Virus record (IMG/VR): IMGVR_UViG_3300044680_000280
Coordinates: 342,735-406,734 of that record
DNA: 64,000 nucleotides
Direction: 5' to 3' (one strand)
Position numbers and translations under genes: made by a program. Of the stretch, positions 47,372 to 57,193 are shown piece after piece. How positions within the stretch are numbered: the stretch's first letter is position 1; each line of letters begins with the position of its first letter. The notes under the pieces were generated by a model. The model had not been told where the DNA came from. It did no database searches and saw only the letters and a list, made by a program, of their open reading frames with translations.

Positions 47372-48205
47372 ATGGAACGGACGGATTTCTCGGGCGTAAC
47401 GACGGACGCTGAACTCGTTCACCTCTGGCTGTCGAGCCGACCCGAGTCGACCGTTCGGGTGTACCGACCCGTCGCTGAGATCTTCCTCGCACGGATTGCT
47501 CCGAAGGGGCTACGAGACTTGACCGTATCGGACATCACCGATTGGCGGGAGTCTCTCGTTGGCGCGGACACGACGAAAGCTCGTTTCGTCAGCACCGTGA
47601 AGTCCCTCCTCAGCTTCGCCTGGCGGACGGGCTACTGCTCCGTCAACGTCGGTCGAATTCTCCGATGCGTCAAAATTGTGTCGCGACTCCATGAGAAGCT
47701 TCTGGAAGAGGATCAGGTTCGGGACCTCATCGGTGCGGCGAGCTCGAAGCGAGACGGGATTCTCATTCGTCTACTCTACATTGGTGGTTTGCGAATCAGT
47801 GAAGCGATCAAGCTACGCTTCGTTGACATCGGCAAGGGCCGCGTGACGGTTGTCGGTAAAGGTGCGAAGGTTCGTACCATCGTCGTCCCTGACAGCATCG
47901 TGGACGGACTAAAGTCCCTTCGTCAACCTTCGGACCGTCCTGAGTCCCTCGTTTTTACCTCGTACCGAGGGCGACCCCTCGGAGTCCGCGACGCAAGGGA
48001 AGCGGTGTACAAAGCCGCCCGCGAAGCAGGGCTGAAATTATCGCCCCATCATCTGAGGCACACGCACGCGACCCATGCTCTCGAACGTGGGGCGAATCTC
48101 GCGCTCATTCAGCGATCCCTCGGTCATGCGAACCTGGCAACGACCAGCGTTTATCTTCATGTCCGTCCGACCGCCGGGTCAAGCCAGTTCCTGCCAGAGG
48201 TCTAG
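47372..48205 (+). CDS. tyrosine recombinase, XerC/D-like
   Basis: GLRISE (R), GKGAK (K), PHHLRH (HxxR), LGH, TTSVYLH (Y); class II promoter. Confidence 0.95.
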   Translation: MERTDFSGVTTDAELVHLWLSSRPESTVRVYRPVAEIFLARIAPKGLRDLTVSDITDWRESLVGADTTKARFVSTVKSLLSFAWRTGYCSVNVGRILRCVKIVSRLHEKLLEEDQVRDLIGAASSKRDGILIRLLYIGGLRISEAIKLRFVDIGKGRVTVVGKGAKVRTIVVPDSIVDGLKSLRQPSDRPESLVFTSYRGRPLGVRDAREAVYKAAREAGLKLSPHHLRHTHATHALERGANLALIQRSLGHANLATTSVYLHVRPTAGSSQFLPEV

Positions 48206-48459
48206 TGGACGATCTTCTCCGGGTCCGGGTGAATGTATACTCCATGCCGGGTGTCGTAAAAGTTGCATTCGAAGAAGACCCCGTACACCCCGAGGTTGAA
48301 TCGTACGCCTGGATGGTCACCACGGGTCTTGACCCTAAAGTCATAGTAGACCCCGCGGGACTCCCCGAGTTGGAACCCAGTCTCGATGCACTTATTGAAT
48401 AAGGGCCCCAAAACGAGGTAGGCGTTCTTTTCCCAGAGGATGGTCCGAACTCCGAACAT
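48202..48459 (-). CDS. hypothetical protein
   Basis: class I motif. Confidence 0.65.
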   Translation of the reverse strand: MFGVRTILWEKNAYLVLGPLFNKCIETGFQLGESRGVYYDFRVKTRGDHPGVRFNLGVYGVFFECNFYDTRHGVYIHPDPEKIVH

Positions 48460-48468
48460 ACCCTTTGC

Positions 48469-48909
48469 TTACACCGAGGGATCGACAACTACGCCCGCGT
48501 CCTTCAGGAAATCAACGTCGTCCAGCTCAAACGGAACTCTCGTGACTGACGGCTCCGCCTTGACCATCGAACCCGCCTCGATGGCCGCCTCTTCAGGTTC
48601 TTCGAATTTGACCTCTTCGATCTCCTCTTCGACCTCGACCTCGACGGGCTCTTTTCTAGGGGCCTTTCGAGCTTTTCGCATGGCGGCGGTTACGGCCTTG
48701 CGGTTGTAGGCCATGGCGGCCGCGACGTCCGATTGGTCACCGATCACGAGAAGTCCCTCTTGCTCCTGCAAAAGGAAACCCATTTCGAGTATGAGTTTTG
48801 TATACGTGCTCACATGTAGCCCGTACGCTCCAGCACCCTCAGCCAGACGCTTCAAAAGCGACTCAGGCATACGGATTGACCACATTTTGGAGCGCGGGGC
48901 TTTAGCCAT
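48469..48909 (-). CDS. ribbon-helix-helix protein with acidic tail
   Basis: SIRMPESLLKRLAEGAGAYGLHVSTYTKLIL; class I motif. Confidence 0.7.
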   Translation of the reverse strand: MAKAPRSKMWSIRMPESLLKRLAEGAGAYGLHVSTYTKLILEMGFLLQEQEGLLVIGDQSDVAAAMAYNRKAVTAAMRKARKAPRKEPVEVEVEEEIEEVKFEEPEEAAIEAGSMVKAEPSVTRVPFELDDVDFLKDAGVVVDPSV

Positions 48910-48920
48910 GAGTTTCTAAT

Positions 48921-49505
48921 TTACACCGATTTTTGGGCCCTGTAGTGAGGGCATTCCTCGATCGCGTGTTTAAGTGGACATGCACAAGGTTCGCAAGGTC
49001 CAACGTGTGCATATCCCCCCGATAGATCGCAGTCATCGTCGATGCAAACTGAAACGAGGGGTTGGCTTCGCAGGGCAATGACGTCGGGGGTGCAGTAGGG
49101 ATCCGAAACCCTCTTGAGTGGCTTATCCGGGCCGGCAACAACGACAGAGAGGTAAGACTCCGTCCAATTCAAAGAAGCCATCTCGAAGTATCGAACGGCG
49201 TCCTCATACGATGAGAACTCCGTGACTTCGGGAACGCCCTCTCGAGCGACCGCGACAAGGTGAGTGGTCGGCTTTTTGATCATCCGGGTTGACTTTTTAT
49301 CTTGGTAGGTGCGTGGACAGTTTCTAGGAATCTTCTCCTGTCCGAGCTCCTTCATCGTCGGGGGAGTCCCCAGTTTGGTGCGGAATCCCCTTTCCTTGTC
49401 GTCCAAAATGATCCGTTTGTCACAGCACCGGCATCGCCAGGTTGTTCGCGTTTCGGAGCGAAATTCAACGCTCCAAAAATGCATTCGAATCAGTTCGGCG
49501 ACCAT
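48921..49505 (-). CDS. Cys-rich hypothetical protein
   Basis: 194 aa. Confidence 0.6.
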   Translation of the reverse strand: MVAELIRMHFWSVEFRSETRTTWRCRCCDKRIILDDKERGFRTKLGTPPTMKELGQEKIPRNCPRTYQDKKSTRMIKKPTTHLVAVAREGVPEVTEFSSYEDAVRYFEMASLNWTESYLSVVVAGPDKPLKRVSDPYCTPDVIALRSQPLVSVCIDDDCDLSGGYAHVGPCEPCACPLKHAIEECPHYRAQKSV

Positions 49506-49580
49506 AACCTACACTGTAACATGTAGGAGGGTACTCTACACGTCTCATTTTAGATCCCATTCCGAGTGAACAGGATCTTC

Positions 49581-49915
49581 TCACCAGGTGCCGTCTTTGA
49601 CTCCGAAGGACGGCGTCTTGATGTTGACGACATGGGCTGGTTTGACGTCGACGCTTTCGTTGTCGGGTAGGAGGGGGAGCCCGCCTTTTTCCGCCTGGAG
49701 CTGAGCGGCGCTCTTGATCTTTTTCGTTTCCTCGGTGGCCTTGAAGCTGCCAAGCTCGCTGTAGAACTCGAACCAGGGAAGGCCGTAGTTCGCATAGTCC
49801 TTGGCATTTCGGGGGGTCGAGGGCGGCTCCTTGCCTGTAACCAACTTCCATGACATCGAGTTCAGCAGGTGGACGAACACGCGGCTCGAGTGCGTGCGGT
49901 CCCACACGTCGAATC
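49581..49915 (-). pseudogene. 3' remnant of a conserved gene (GFDVWD..RVFVHLLNS..GLPWF)
   Basis: begins abruptly at the junction with the GIY-YIG fragment; no own start signal. Confidence 0.55.
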
Positions 49916-50155
49916 CAGCTCTGACGGACTGTCATGACTTTCCAGCACAATAATCTCGGGTTTGAACCCATTTGAAACGATGCCCCGGATCCAATGGTTT
50001 TTGTGAGATTTTTGCAGGAGGCTGGAGGGGTGGGAGTGGCTTTTAGGTCGTGTCATACCCGTGGAAGTTTGTCCTATATAGCGAAGCTCCCCGTTCCTTG
50101 GATCAATCAATCCGTAGATGAAGTTTTTGAGACTGGGGTCGTGGGTTGTAGACAA
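49910..50155 (-). pseudogene. truncated GIY-YIG homing endonuclease
   Basis: FIYGLIDPRNGELRYIGQT...R..H..K..WI; breaks off at ELDS. Confidence 0.75.
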
Positions 50156-50332
50156 GCTGCCCCGTAACCTATGTCGTTTTTCTCTCTGGCCAGACGGTCG
50201 CGCCAGAAATGGGCTCCCCGTCATGCGTCTTGAGGGCCTCCCAGGCTTCGATCTCCGTGTCGAAGGGACCCATTCGTTTGATGTTCCCGCCGCGGGCGAA
50301 GTACTGGACTCTGGTCCTCATTTGTTTCGTCT

Positions 50333-50596
50333 TCATTTTGCGCCACCGCACGGGCAGGTGAAGTCTCCCGGACCGGGGATGATCGTCTTCTGGTCACACG
50401 CGTTGCACCTGAAAATGACATGCACCCCGGCGTCGTCGACCCAGATAGTCCCCATCTTTTTGTAAGGCCCCACGTTTGGGAAGTGTACAGACTTATCGCC
50501 CCACCCGTCGAAAAAGAAGTAGTCGTCTCCCCAAATGTGCTTGACAACCGGCCCGACGGGTTTGCCTAGGATCGTAATTTTCGGGTCGCCACTCAT
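50333..50596 (-). CDS. zinc-ribbon hypothetical protein
   Basis: class I motif. Confidence 0.6.
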   Translation of the reverse strand: MSGDPKITILGKPVGPVVKHIWGDDYFFFDGWGDKSVHFPNVGPYKKMGTIWVDDAGVHVIFRCNACDQKTIIPGPGDFTCPCGGAK

Positions 50597-50605
50597 GAGC
50601 TATTC

Positions 50606-51010
50606 TTACACCACCTCAAATAATCCAAGGCGGCCTTTCAGCGGTCTAAACGGTAGTTCCTGAGCATCCTTCAGGAGCCACCCGTACTGAGGTTGTCCCT
50701 TGTTGTTGTACGGCATGTACCATTTGCCGTATGGGCCTCGGTTCGGTACTACAAAACCCCAGATGTTTGCCTTTCCGACAATTCCACCGCGAGGCAGGTC
50801 CGAGATGGAAGGCACGTCCGTCCTGGCACGTATGAGCTCATGCTCGAGCATCCAGTCGACCGCCTCGTCGTACTCCTTCTTCGAACAACCCGCTCCCGCG
50901 TGTATAAGAATGTCGCCTAGATGGCTAGTTCTCCACGAACGATTCTCCAGGTTTTTTCCCAGGTGGAGGATCGCAAAGGCCCACGGTTGGCGTATCGAGA
51001 GAGTTTTCAT
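50606..51010 (-). CDS. ASCH domain protein
   Basis: MKTLSIRQPWAFAIL..GKNLENRSW..G.ILIHAG..GGIVG..KGRLGLF. Confidence 0.9.
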   Translation of the reverse strand: MKTLSIRQPWAFAILHLGKNLENRSWRTSHLGDILIHAGAGCSKKEYDEAVDWMLEHELIRARTDVPSISDLPRGGIVGKANIWGFVVPNRGPYGKWYMPYNNKGQPQYGWLLKDAQELPFRPLKGRLGLFEVV

Positions 51011-51093
51011 TCTTCTGCGGAGAACTTCTAGGGTAGCTTCGCCTTGTCCAGCACCAGAACGAGAGTGTTCTCTTCCTTGGTAGGTTCCATGGA

Positions 51094-51327
51094 TCAGTCC
51101 GTACAGGGGAGAGCGTAGTATGTATCGTCCGTTACGACGGGCTTCGACTCGCAGAAGATTCGAGCTTCCGTCACCCGGAGAGCGAGTTCCCTGGAGAGCT
51201 TGTCGTACGGGTGACGTCTGACGAGAGACCGAAGGGTCTCGAGGGGCCAGCCTCTCTGGTCGAGGTAGTGGCCCTCTGCCATCCAACGGTCAATTTCTCC
51301 GAGGGCGACATCTTTTGTGAGAGGCAT
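51094..51327 (-). CDS. hypothetical protein
   Basis: class I motif. Confidence 0.6.
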   Translation of the reverse strand: MPLTKDVALGEIDRWMAEGHYLDQRGWPLETLRSLVRRHPYDKLSRELALRVTEARIFCESKPVVTDDTYYALPCTD

Positions 51328-51386
51328 AGGATAACCATACACCGTTTGGACGGTTCAGCCACCGGTAATGACCCGATGGCTGACTG

Positions 51387-52019
51387 TCACTTGTTGAGGA
51401 GGGGTCGAACGCTGACCCCGATCGATTTCACCGTTTGAATGAGGAGCATGGTGCTCTTGCGCCGGTCCTCGTCCAATTTCAGGGTGTCGGGGTTTCCGAT
51501 GACGCTGCTCAGAACCTCTGCGGTAGCCGTTGCCCGCGTGATTCGATCCGTGACCCTGGACAGGTCAGTGATGTGGTCCTCGCGAGTGGTGTACCCTTGA
51601 ATGGTACCCGCCTTGATGAGAAAGGAGTAATTGTACTTGCTGAGCATCAAGGATCGGGCTCGACCGACCTTTTTGATGAACTTGCAGACGTCGTCCGAAT
51701 CCGCGCTCTTGAGCGTCTTGCCGCCGTAGCACATCCAGTAGAGAACCGGACCAGGAATCGAAATGCCGGGGTACTCGTGCGTCAGCCAGTGGATGGCGTT
51801 GACGATCCGCTCCTTTTCGTCCAGCGAGATATCGATCAACTTCGCGTAGTGTTGCTGGATCGTCTTGGCGATCTTCGAGTCTGCGACGTTGTCAAGTGTG
51901 ACGACCTTGACCCCCGTCTTTTTGGACCTGGATTTGGACGCCGAGCCCCTTCCGCCCACTACGGTGTGAATGAGAGCAATGTCGGGGTCGTTCGTGCGTT
52001 TGTTGTCTTGAAGTGCCAT
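51387..52019 (-). CDS. hypothetical protein
   Basis: GGAG RBS; third gene of the 54149-51387 unit. Confidence 0.7.
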   Translation of the reverse strand: MALQDNKRTNDPDIALIHTVVGGRGSASKSRSKKTGVKVVTLDNVADSKIAKTIQQHYAKLIDISLDEKERIVNAIHWLTHEYPGISIPGPVLYWMCYGGKTLKSADSDDVCKFIKKVGRARSLMLSKYNYSFLIKAGTIQGYTTREDHITDLSRVTDRITRATATAEVLSSVIGNPDTLKLDEDRRKSTMLLIQTVKSIGVSVRPLLNK

Positions 52020-52036
52020 GATGCAAATCTCCGTGA

Positions 52037-53101
52037 TTAACCGTTGGGATACGTTTCGTGGTAGGTCGTGACGATCGAATAGGCTTGAGAGTGCGGGTTG
52101 AAGATACTGGCGGATTCTGGGCTCGAGTTGATGTCTGGGTGGTGCAACTTGGCAACTTCTCGCCAGAGCTTCTTGACCTTTGACAAATCTCCCAGGGTTC
52201 CAGTGGGGGGCAGAGCGCCTGTTAGACGCTGATAGGCGTCCTCGTACTCAGAACGCTTCTCCGCATGAGAGGCGACTATTCCAGTACGTTGAGCCTCTTT
52301 CTCACGTTCGAGAAGGCGGACGCTCGTAACCCGAACATAGTCCAAGGCTTCCTGAAGAATGTTCTTAGCCGACGATTGCATTCGGAATCGGGCTTCATGG
52401 TTGAGCATCGTTTCGGTGTATCCCTCGATGTACCTTTCGAAGGAGGTTTGAATTTCCCGTACCAGAGCTTTTCGCGCTTCGACAGGGAAAGGCGAAACCT
52501 TTTCGTCTTTAGGAGGTTCTACACTAGCGGGGACCCTTTTCACTCGGACCTTCCCACCATTGCCCTTGCTCTTCGGAGGGGGCAGTTCGAAAGCTTCTCG
52601 AACCTTCTGGGGTACCCTTTTGGTCATTACACCGTTTAGCCCGCGCTTCCCGCTAGAATCGAACTCTTTGAACTTTTTAATGACGTCTTTGAACGCCTGT
52701 CGTAGGCTCATCCCACACTTTTCGTGCACCTCGATGGCGATGCGAAGCACCTTCTCGACGGGCTCCGCATGGACTTTCAGTGCGTCCATAAGCTCGAAGG
52801 ACAGGTCGGCGGTTTCAGGTTCCCGACCGAGTTTCAGAAGCTCGTAAAACGTGTGGACGGTGTAGTAGTACTCTCCCCGCTTGCCACGTCGATTCGGCAC
52901 AATCTGCTTGAAGAGCTCCAAGAGCTCTTTGGCTGATCCCGTGGGAGTGCGGCTACTTGAGCCCAAGAGGAGAAGTATCTCCTCCATGGCGTAGTACTTC
53001 TCCTTGGCGCCCAACGACTCTATCTTTGAGTCCAGGGCAAGGACGGCTTCAGACAGTTGCTTGGTCGATCGCGTCGCTGCTGCTTCCATCGTAGTTCTCA
53101 T
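52037..53101 (-). CDS. protein with C-terminal J-domain (DnaJ-like)
   Basis: VKKLWREVAKLHHPDIN..AYSIV with HPD motif. Confidence 0.75.
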   Translation of the reverse strand: MRTTMEAAATRSTKQLSEAVLALDSKIESLGAKEKYYAMEEILLLLGSSSRTPTGSAKELLELFKQIVPNRRGKRGEYYYTVHTFYELLKLGREPETADLSFELMDALKVHAEPVEKVLRIAIEVHEKCGMSLRQAFKDVIKKFKEFDSSGKRGLNGVMTKRVPQKVREAFELPPPKSKGNGGKVRVKRVPASVEPPKDEKVSPFPVEARKALVREIQTSFERYIEGYTETMLNHEARFRMQSSAKNILQEALDYVRVTSVRLLEREKEAQRTGIVASHAEKRSEYEDAYQRLTGALPPTGTLGDLSKVKKLWREVAKLHHPDINSSPESASIFNPHSQAYSIVTTYHETYPNG

Positions 53102-54149
53102 TGGTGGTCGTCTGATCCCCTGGCATATTTCGCATAAAACCGATCCGCTCTTTGGCACGAGCGATCAGGTAGCTGATGCCAGCCTGGGTCATGCCCAGTT
53201 TGGTTGCGATTTCTGCTTGAGTCATGTCGTCGAGTAGGTACATCCGCAGAGCGTCCGCCTCTCGGGGTGGTATACGCTTCAAATACTCCAGAAAGCTGCT
53301 GTCAAAGTCTGGGGAGACCGCCATGCATTCCAACGCCTTCTCGTAGTCCTCTGCCTTTCCGTCGCGACTCACTTGAGACAGAATGTCTTTTGCCCGTTGA
53401 GCCCCGAGTCCTCGGTCCAAGGCGTTCCACAGGGGCGCCGCTTCTTCCCCCCGTTTGAGAAGTCGGTCTCGAAGGGTAAAGTGGTATACGTCTCGGCAGT
53501 CCAAGTACTCCCCTAGCCAATCCATGGGGTTTCGGCCCGCAAAGTCCCGCTGTTCCTTCGTGGAAAGATTTGAGATCGATCGCTCCATGAGGGCCTTGTG
53601 CCTCCACGAAAGAGACGAACAGAACTCATTGTATTGTTCCACCAGGTCCTCGAACTTCACTTCTCTCGGCTTGTCACCCGAGAGGTGTTCGAGATGGGGA
53701 GACGTCGGTACCGGCACGAATTCAACGGTGGGCTCAGGCTCCTGTTCAGGTGGCGCTGGTTCAATAACTGGAGAAGGCTCTGGTTCGGACGGCGTTAACC
53801 CCAACATACGGATTAACTTCAAAGCCAAACTCGCCCCGTCCGGCTGTACAAGACGATTGATCAGAATGTTGAAGTTTGGGGAATCGACGCCCACGCTGTA
53901 ACGCGAAAGCTCATCCAGGATTTGAATACGCGTGCTTTGGAGTTCGTGGTACGCGGTAGCGAGGGCGACCAAATGTTCGGGCTCGCCCAATTTTGGAACG
54001 TGCGGTTCCTCTTTCGTCCCCTCGTGAACGTATCCGTCGACAAGGCCTTGAATTAAGGCGTCCACTCCCACCGAATAAGACTCGGCTTGCTTTTTCAACC
54101 ACTCCCACGCTGGAGCGGGAAGCAGAATCGATAGCGTGAGAGACTCCAT
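53049..54149 (-). CDS. regulator: N-terminal RHH-like domain plus C-terminal sigma70 region-4 HTH
   Basis: LSILLPAPAWEWLKKQA; IPPREADALRMYLLDDMTQAEIATKLGMTQAGISYLIARAKERI. Confidence 0.7.
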   Translation of the reverse strand: MESLTLSILLPAPAWEWLKKQAESYSVGVDALIQGLVDGYVHEGTKEEPHVPKLGEPEHLVALATAYHELQSTRIQILDELSRYSVGVDSPNFNILINRLVQPDGASLALKLIRMLGLTPSEPEPSPVIEPAPPEQEPEPTVEFVPVPTSPHLEHLSGDKPREVKFEDLVEQYNEFCSSLSWRHKALMERSISNLSTKEQRDFAGRNPMDWLGEYLDCRDVYHFTLRDRLLKRGEEAAPLWNALDRGLGAQRAKDILSQVSRDGKAEDYEKALECMAVSPDFDSSFLEYLKRIPPREADALRMYLLDDMTQAEIATKLGMTQAGISYLIARAKERIGFMRNMPGDQTTTNENYDGSSSDAIDQATV

Positions 54150-54198
54150 GGACCTATTCGTACCCCATCCGGAGTGAAGGTCAAGCAAAAGTTCACCG

Positions 54199-54570
54199 TC
54201 ACGGTGTATGGATCTTGTACCCCAGCGCGGCCGCTCTCCCGGGGTACTCGTTGAAGAAGGACTTCAGCGAGTCTTCCGACTCCCCGTACGTCGGCCATCG
54301 GCGACCCATGATCTTTTGGCTCAAGAAGTCAGCGATCATCGATCGGACTTCCGTGTCACTGGCGCCGAAGGCCTTGACATTGCTCAGGACGGAGGGATCC
54401 GCTAAAACCTCGTCGAGTTGCTCGTCTGTCAGCGAAAGACCTGTCTCGTCACGGACCCCATTTCTGACTTCCTCCCGGAGCTTTGCCAGGTCCTTGTCCA
54501 ACACTTTGTCCAGACAGTCAGCACAAATCACGGCAGAAGTAGGGCTCTCGCAGAGGGGGCACGGCGTCAT
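54199..54570 (-). CDS. hypothetical protein
   Basis: ATGA coupling. Confidence 0.65.
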   Translation of the reverse strand: MTPCPLCESPTSAVICADCLDKVLDKDLAKLREEVRNGVRDETGLSLTDEQLDEVLADPSVLSNVKAFGASDTEVRSMIADFLSQKIMGRRWPTYGESEDSLKSFFNEYPGRAAALGYKIHTP

Positions 54571-54959
54571 TCTTTGACCTCGTTAGTAAGGGCATCCTCG
54601 ACTTTTCCGAGGAGATTGTTCCATCGTTTTCTCCACTGCACTCCGGCGAGAGGTTCCATGGTTAGCACGTACCCTCTATCCAACTCCTCCGTGATGCCCT
54701 TCTTACAGTCCTCGAGCGTCTTGCGGGCCTTTTCGAGTTCGCTTTTAAGGTCACGGATTTCTTCCTCGGCTTTCGCCCAGCGTTCCCTCGTCTCCAGAGC
54801 GGCTGTGATGGCTTCGCGCAATCGCCACGGGCGGGGTTCTTGCAGGACTCGTCCGAAGTAGACACCACCCGATTGCGCCGCCGCAACCCACTCGTGGAGC
54901 AGGTCCTCGAGTCGCTGCACGTGACGCTTGAGAAGTTCCGTCTGCTCCGCAATGTTCAT
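54567..54959 (-). CDS. coiled-coil hypothetical protein
   Basis: 130 aa, operonic. Confidence 0.65.
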   Translation of the reverse strand: MNIAEQTELLKRHVQRLEDLLHEWVAAAQSGGVYFGRVLQEPRPWRLREAITAALETRERWAKAEEEIRDLKSELEKARKTLEDCKKGITEELDRGYVLTMEPLAGVQWRKRWNNLLGKVEDALTNEVKE

Positions 54960-55043
54960 CGGGTTCCCGGGTACAAGCGAAAGGCGATCAACACGAGGAT
55001 CATAAGGATCCCGAAACCGACGATGTTGATGATCTGTTGAATT

Positions 55044-55331
55044 TCAGACGGGCTCGGGTCCTGGCGACTCATGTTGGCTCACAGGGGTGAGGGAGAGGGT
55101 GAAGAATTTTCGGAACACCCCTTCGAGGGTGATGGCTTCGAGCTCGGTAACGGGCACCCCGTCAATTTCGATGAAGACCTCGAATCCTACGTCGAGGGAC
55201 TCCGTGCGCACATGCACCCTTTCCGGGTCCACTTTGAACACATGCGCCGTGACTTTCTGAAAGCCTAGGGCGACGTCAGAGGGGTTTCCGCCTTGTTCGA
55301 CCCAAGAAAAGCGCTCTCGATTTCCAAGCAT
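55044..55331 (-). CDS. hypothetical protein
   Basis: class I motif. Confidence 0.55.
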   Translation of the reverse strand: MLGNRERFSWVEQGGNPSDVALGFQKVTAHVFKVDPERVHVRTESLDVGFEVFIEIDGVPVTELEAITLEGVFRKFFTLSLTPVSQHESPGPEPV

Positions 55332-55398
55332 GTCTACCCATCTGTACACCGGGTTTTATCCCTTGAATAGAGCTGATCGCTGGTGTAAGGTCAAATTT

Positions 55399-56343
55399 AT
55401 GGACGCTGACATCGAAGGGGCGATCATTCGTTTGAAGCGCGAACGGAACGCTGTTCTCTTGGCTCACTACTACCAGGACAGTGAGATTCAGGATGTCGCG
55501 GATGTCATCGGCGATTCTCTTCAGCTTGCGCGAACGGCGGCGGAGACGACAGCGGACGTCATCTGCTTTGCCGGAGTTCACTTCATGGCGGAGACCGCAA
55601 AAATCTTGAACCCGACGAGAACGGTCATCCTACCCGACCTCAACGCTGGGTGCTCCCTCGCCAACGGGTGCCCCGCGGATCGATTCGCCCAATGGGTGGA
55701 TAACTGTAGGAAGCACGCTCCAAACAACGACGTGACGGTTGTCAGCTATATCAACTGTACGGCCGAGGTCAAGGCGCTCTCGGACATCATCTGCACGTCG
55801 TCCAACGCGGTGAGGGTCATCGAGAGCATCCCCGAGAGCAGCACGATTCTCTTCGCGCCCGACAAGAACCTTGGCATGTGGGTCCGCAAAAAGACCGGAC
55901 GACCTATGGTCTTTTGGCAGGGTACTTGCATCGTCCATGAAACATTCAGCCAGCGAAAGCTCATCGGACTCAAGACGCAGTATCCTGGAGCTCAGGTCAT
56001 CGCCCACCCCGAATGTGAACCCGCGGTTTTGGACATGGCCGACTTCGTGGGGTCAACGACGGCCCTTCTGAGCTATGCGGTCGCCAGCTCCTGGGACCAG
56101 TTCATCGTCGTCACCGAGTCTGGCATCCTGCACCAGATGCAGAAAGAGGCGCCAGAAAAGACGTTCATCCCCGCGCCTCCCGACGGCAACTGCGCCTGCA
56201 ACGAGTGCCCGTACATGAAAATGAACACACTCGAGAAGGTGTACGCCTGTCTCCGAGACTTGTCGCCTCGCATCGAGATGGACCCCGCCCTGCTTGCGCG
56301 GGCTCGGGTTCCGATCGATCGGATGATGGCAATCTCAGTCTAA
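55399..56343 (+). CDS. nadA: quinolinate synthase
   Basis: [67 protein letters not shown]. Confidence 0.97.
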   Translation: MDADIEGAIIRLKRERNAVLLAHYYQDSEIQDVADVIGDSLQLARTAAETTADVICFAGVHFMAETAKILNPTRTVILPDLNAGCSLANGCPADRFAQWVDNCRKHAPNNDVTVVSYINCTAEVKALSDIICTSSNAVRVIESIPESSTILFAPDKNLGMWVRKKTGRPMVFWQGTCIVHETFSQRKLIGLKTQYPGAQVIAHPECEPAVLDMADFVGSTTALLSYAVASSWDQFIVVTESGILHQMQKEAPEKTFIPAPPDGNCACNECPYMKMNTLEKVYACLRDLSPRIEMDPALLARARVPIDRMMAISV

Positions 56344-56453
56344 TCCGAGTAGGTAACGGATAATTCGTCCAAACTCATACATGTAGACCGTAGGCCAATA
56401 CCGCCAGCCGAGCCGCTCTTTCGAGGCGTTACCCGTGGTCAGGTGGGTGTAGG

Positions 56454-56702
56454 TCATGATGCGGCGACGGGCTCGGGGACAGGCATCCAGTGGGTGACCT
56501 GTTCGCCGATCTGGAGTTTGCCGTGAGAACCGATCATGTCCGACTCGAAGCCCTGCGGGATTCTCTTTGGGCCCAGTTCCCACTCGAGGAGCGGCACGAG
56601 ACGCCCGATGCTGACGGAGAACCCCCTCGACGTTCTGTGTTGGAGGAGGACGGTTTCGTAAAGGAGCGGTAGACGTTCGTCAACTTTTACCCAAGCGACC
56701 AT
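56454..56702 (-). CDS. DUF551-like phage protein
   Basis: WVKVDERLP...VTHWMPVPEP; AGGAGG RBS. Confidence 0.75.
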   Translation of the reverse strand: MVAWVKVDERLPLLYETVLLQHRTSRGFSVSIGRLVPLLEWELGPKRIPQGFESDMIGSHGKLQIGEQVTHWMPVPEPVAAS

Positions 56703-56868
56703 AGTTGTCCTCCTTGATTACGTTTCAGTCTTCCGTTTCAGTCTTCTTGTCTCGGTGTAAGTCCCACTTCTTCCAAGTGGCAACTCCGGCCACGAGCACG
56801 AACGTCATGATTACGGGTCCCCAGAGAACGAGGGATAGTGTTAGGTTGGGATCAAACATGGCTTGCAC

Positions 56869-57177
56869 CTACACCACCCAATCGGGCGGTTTCTGCTCTG
56901 GATACCCTGAGATTTTCATAGGGTAATAGTAGTCTAAGTCTTTTCCGCACTCGGAGCAGACGAGAATCCTCCAGGTATCGGAAATCGACAGTGTGGATCG
57001 GAACTCCGTTTTCTTAACTTCCACGAATTTCCTACACACGGGCTGATGCGGAATACCGACCTTCCCCTTGCACCACTTCTTCTTGTTCTTCGAGGCGCGG
57101 TGGGGGGTTGTCTGGTCGGGCACCTTTTGTGACCGCTCGTCTCGCCGCTTTGCGGATGAGATTTTCCGGTCGCTCAT
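56869..57177 (-). CDS. basic zinc-motif protein
   Basis: KKWCKGK.G.PH...CSECGK. Confidence 0.65.
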   Translation of the reverse strand: MSDRKISSAKRRDERSQKVPDQTTPHRASKNKKKWCKGKVGIPHQPVCRKFVEVKKTEFRSTLSISDTWRILVCSECGKDLDYYYPMKISGYPEQKPPDWVV

Positions 57178-57193
57178 GGTGAAAGTGTAGCAC

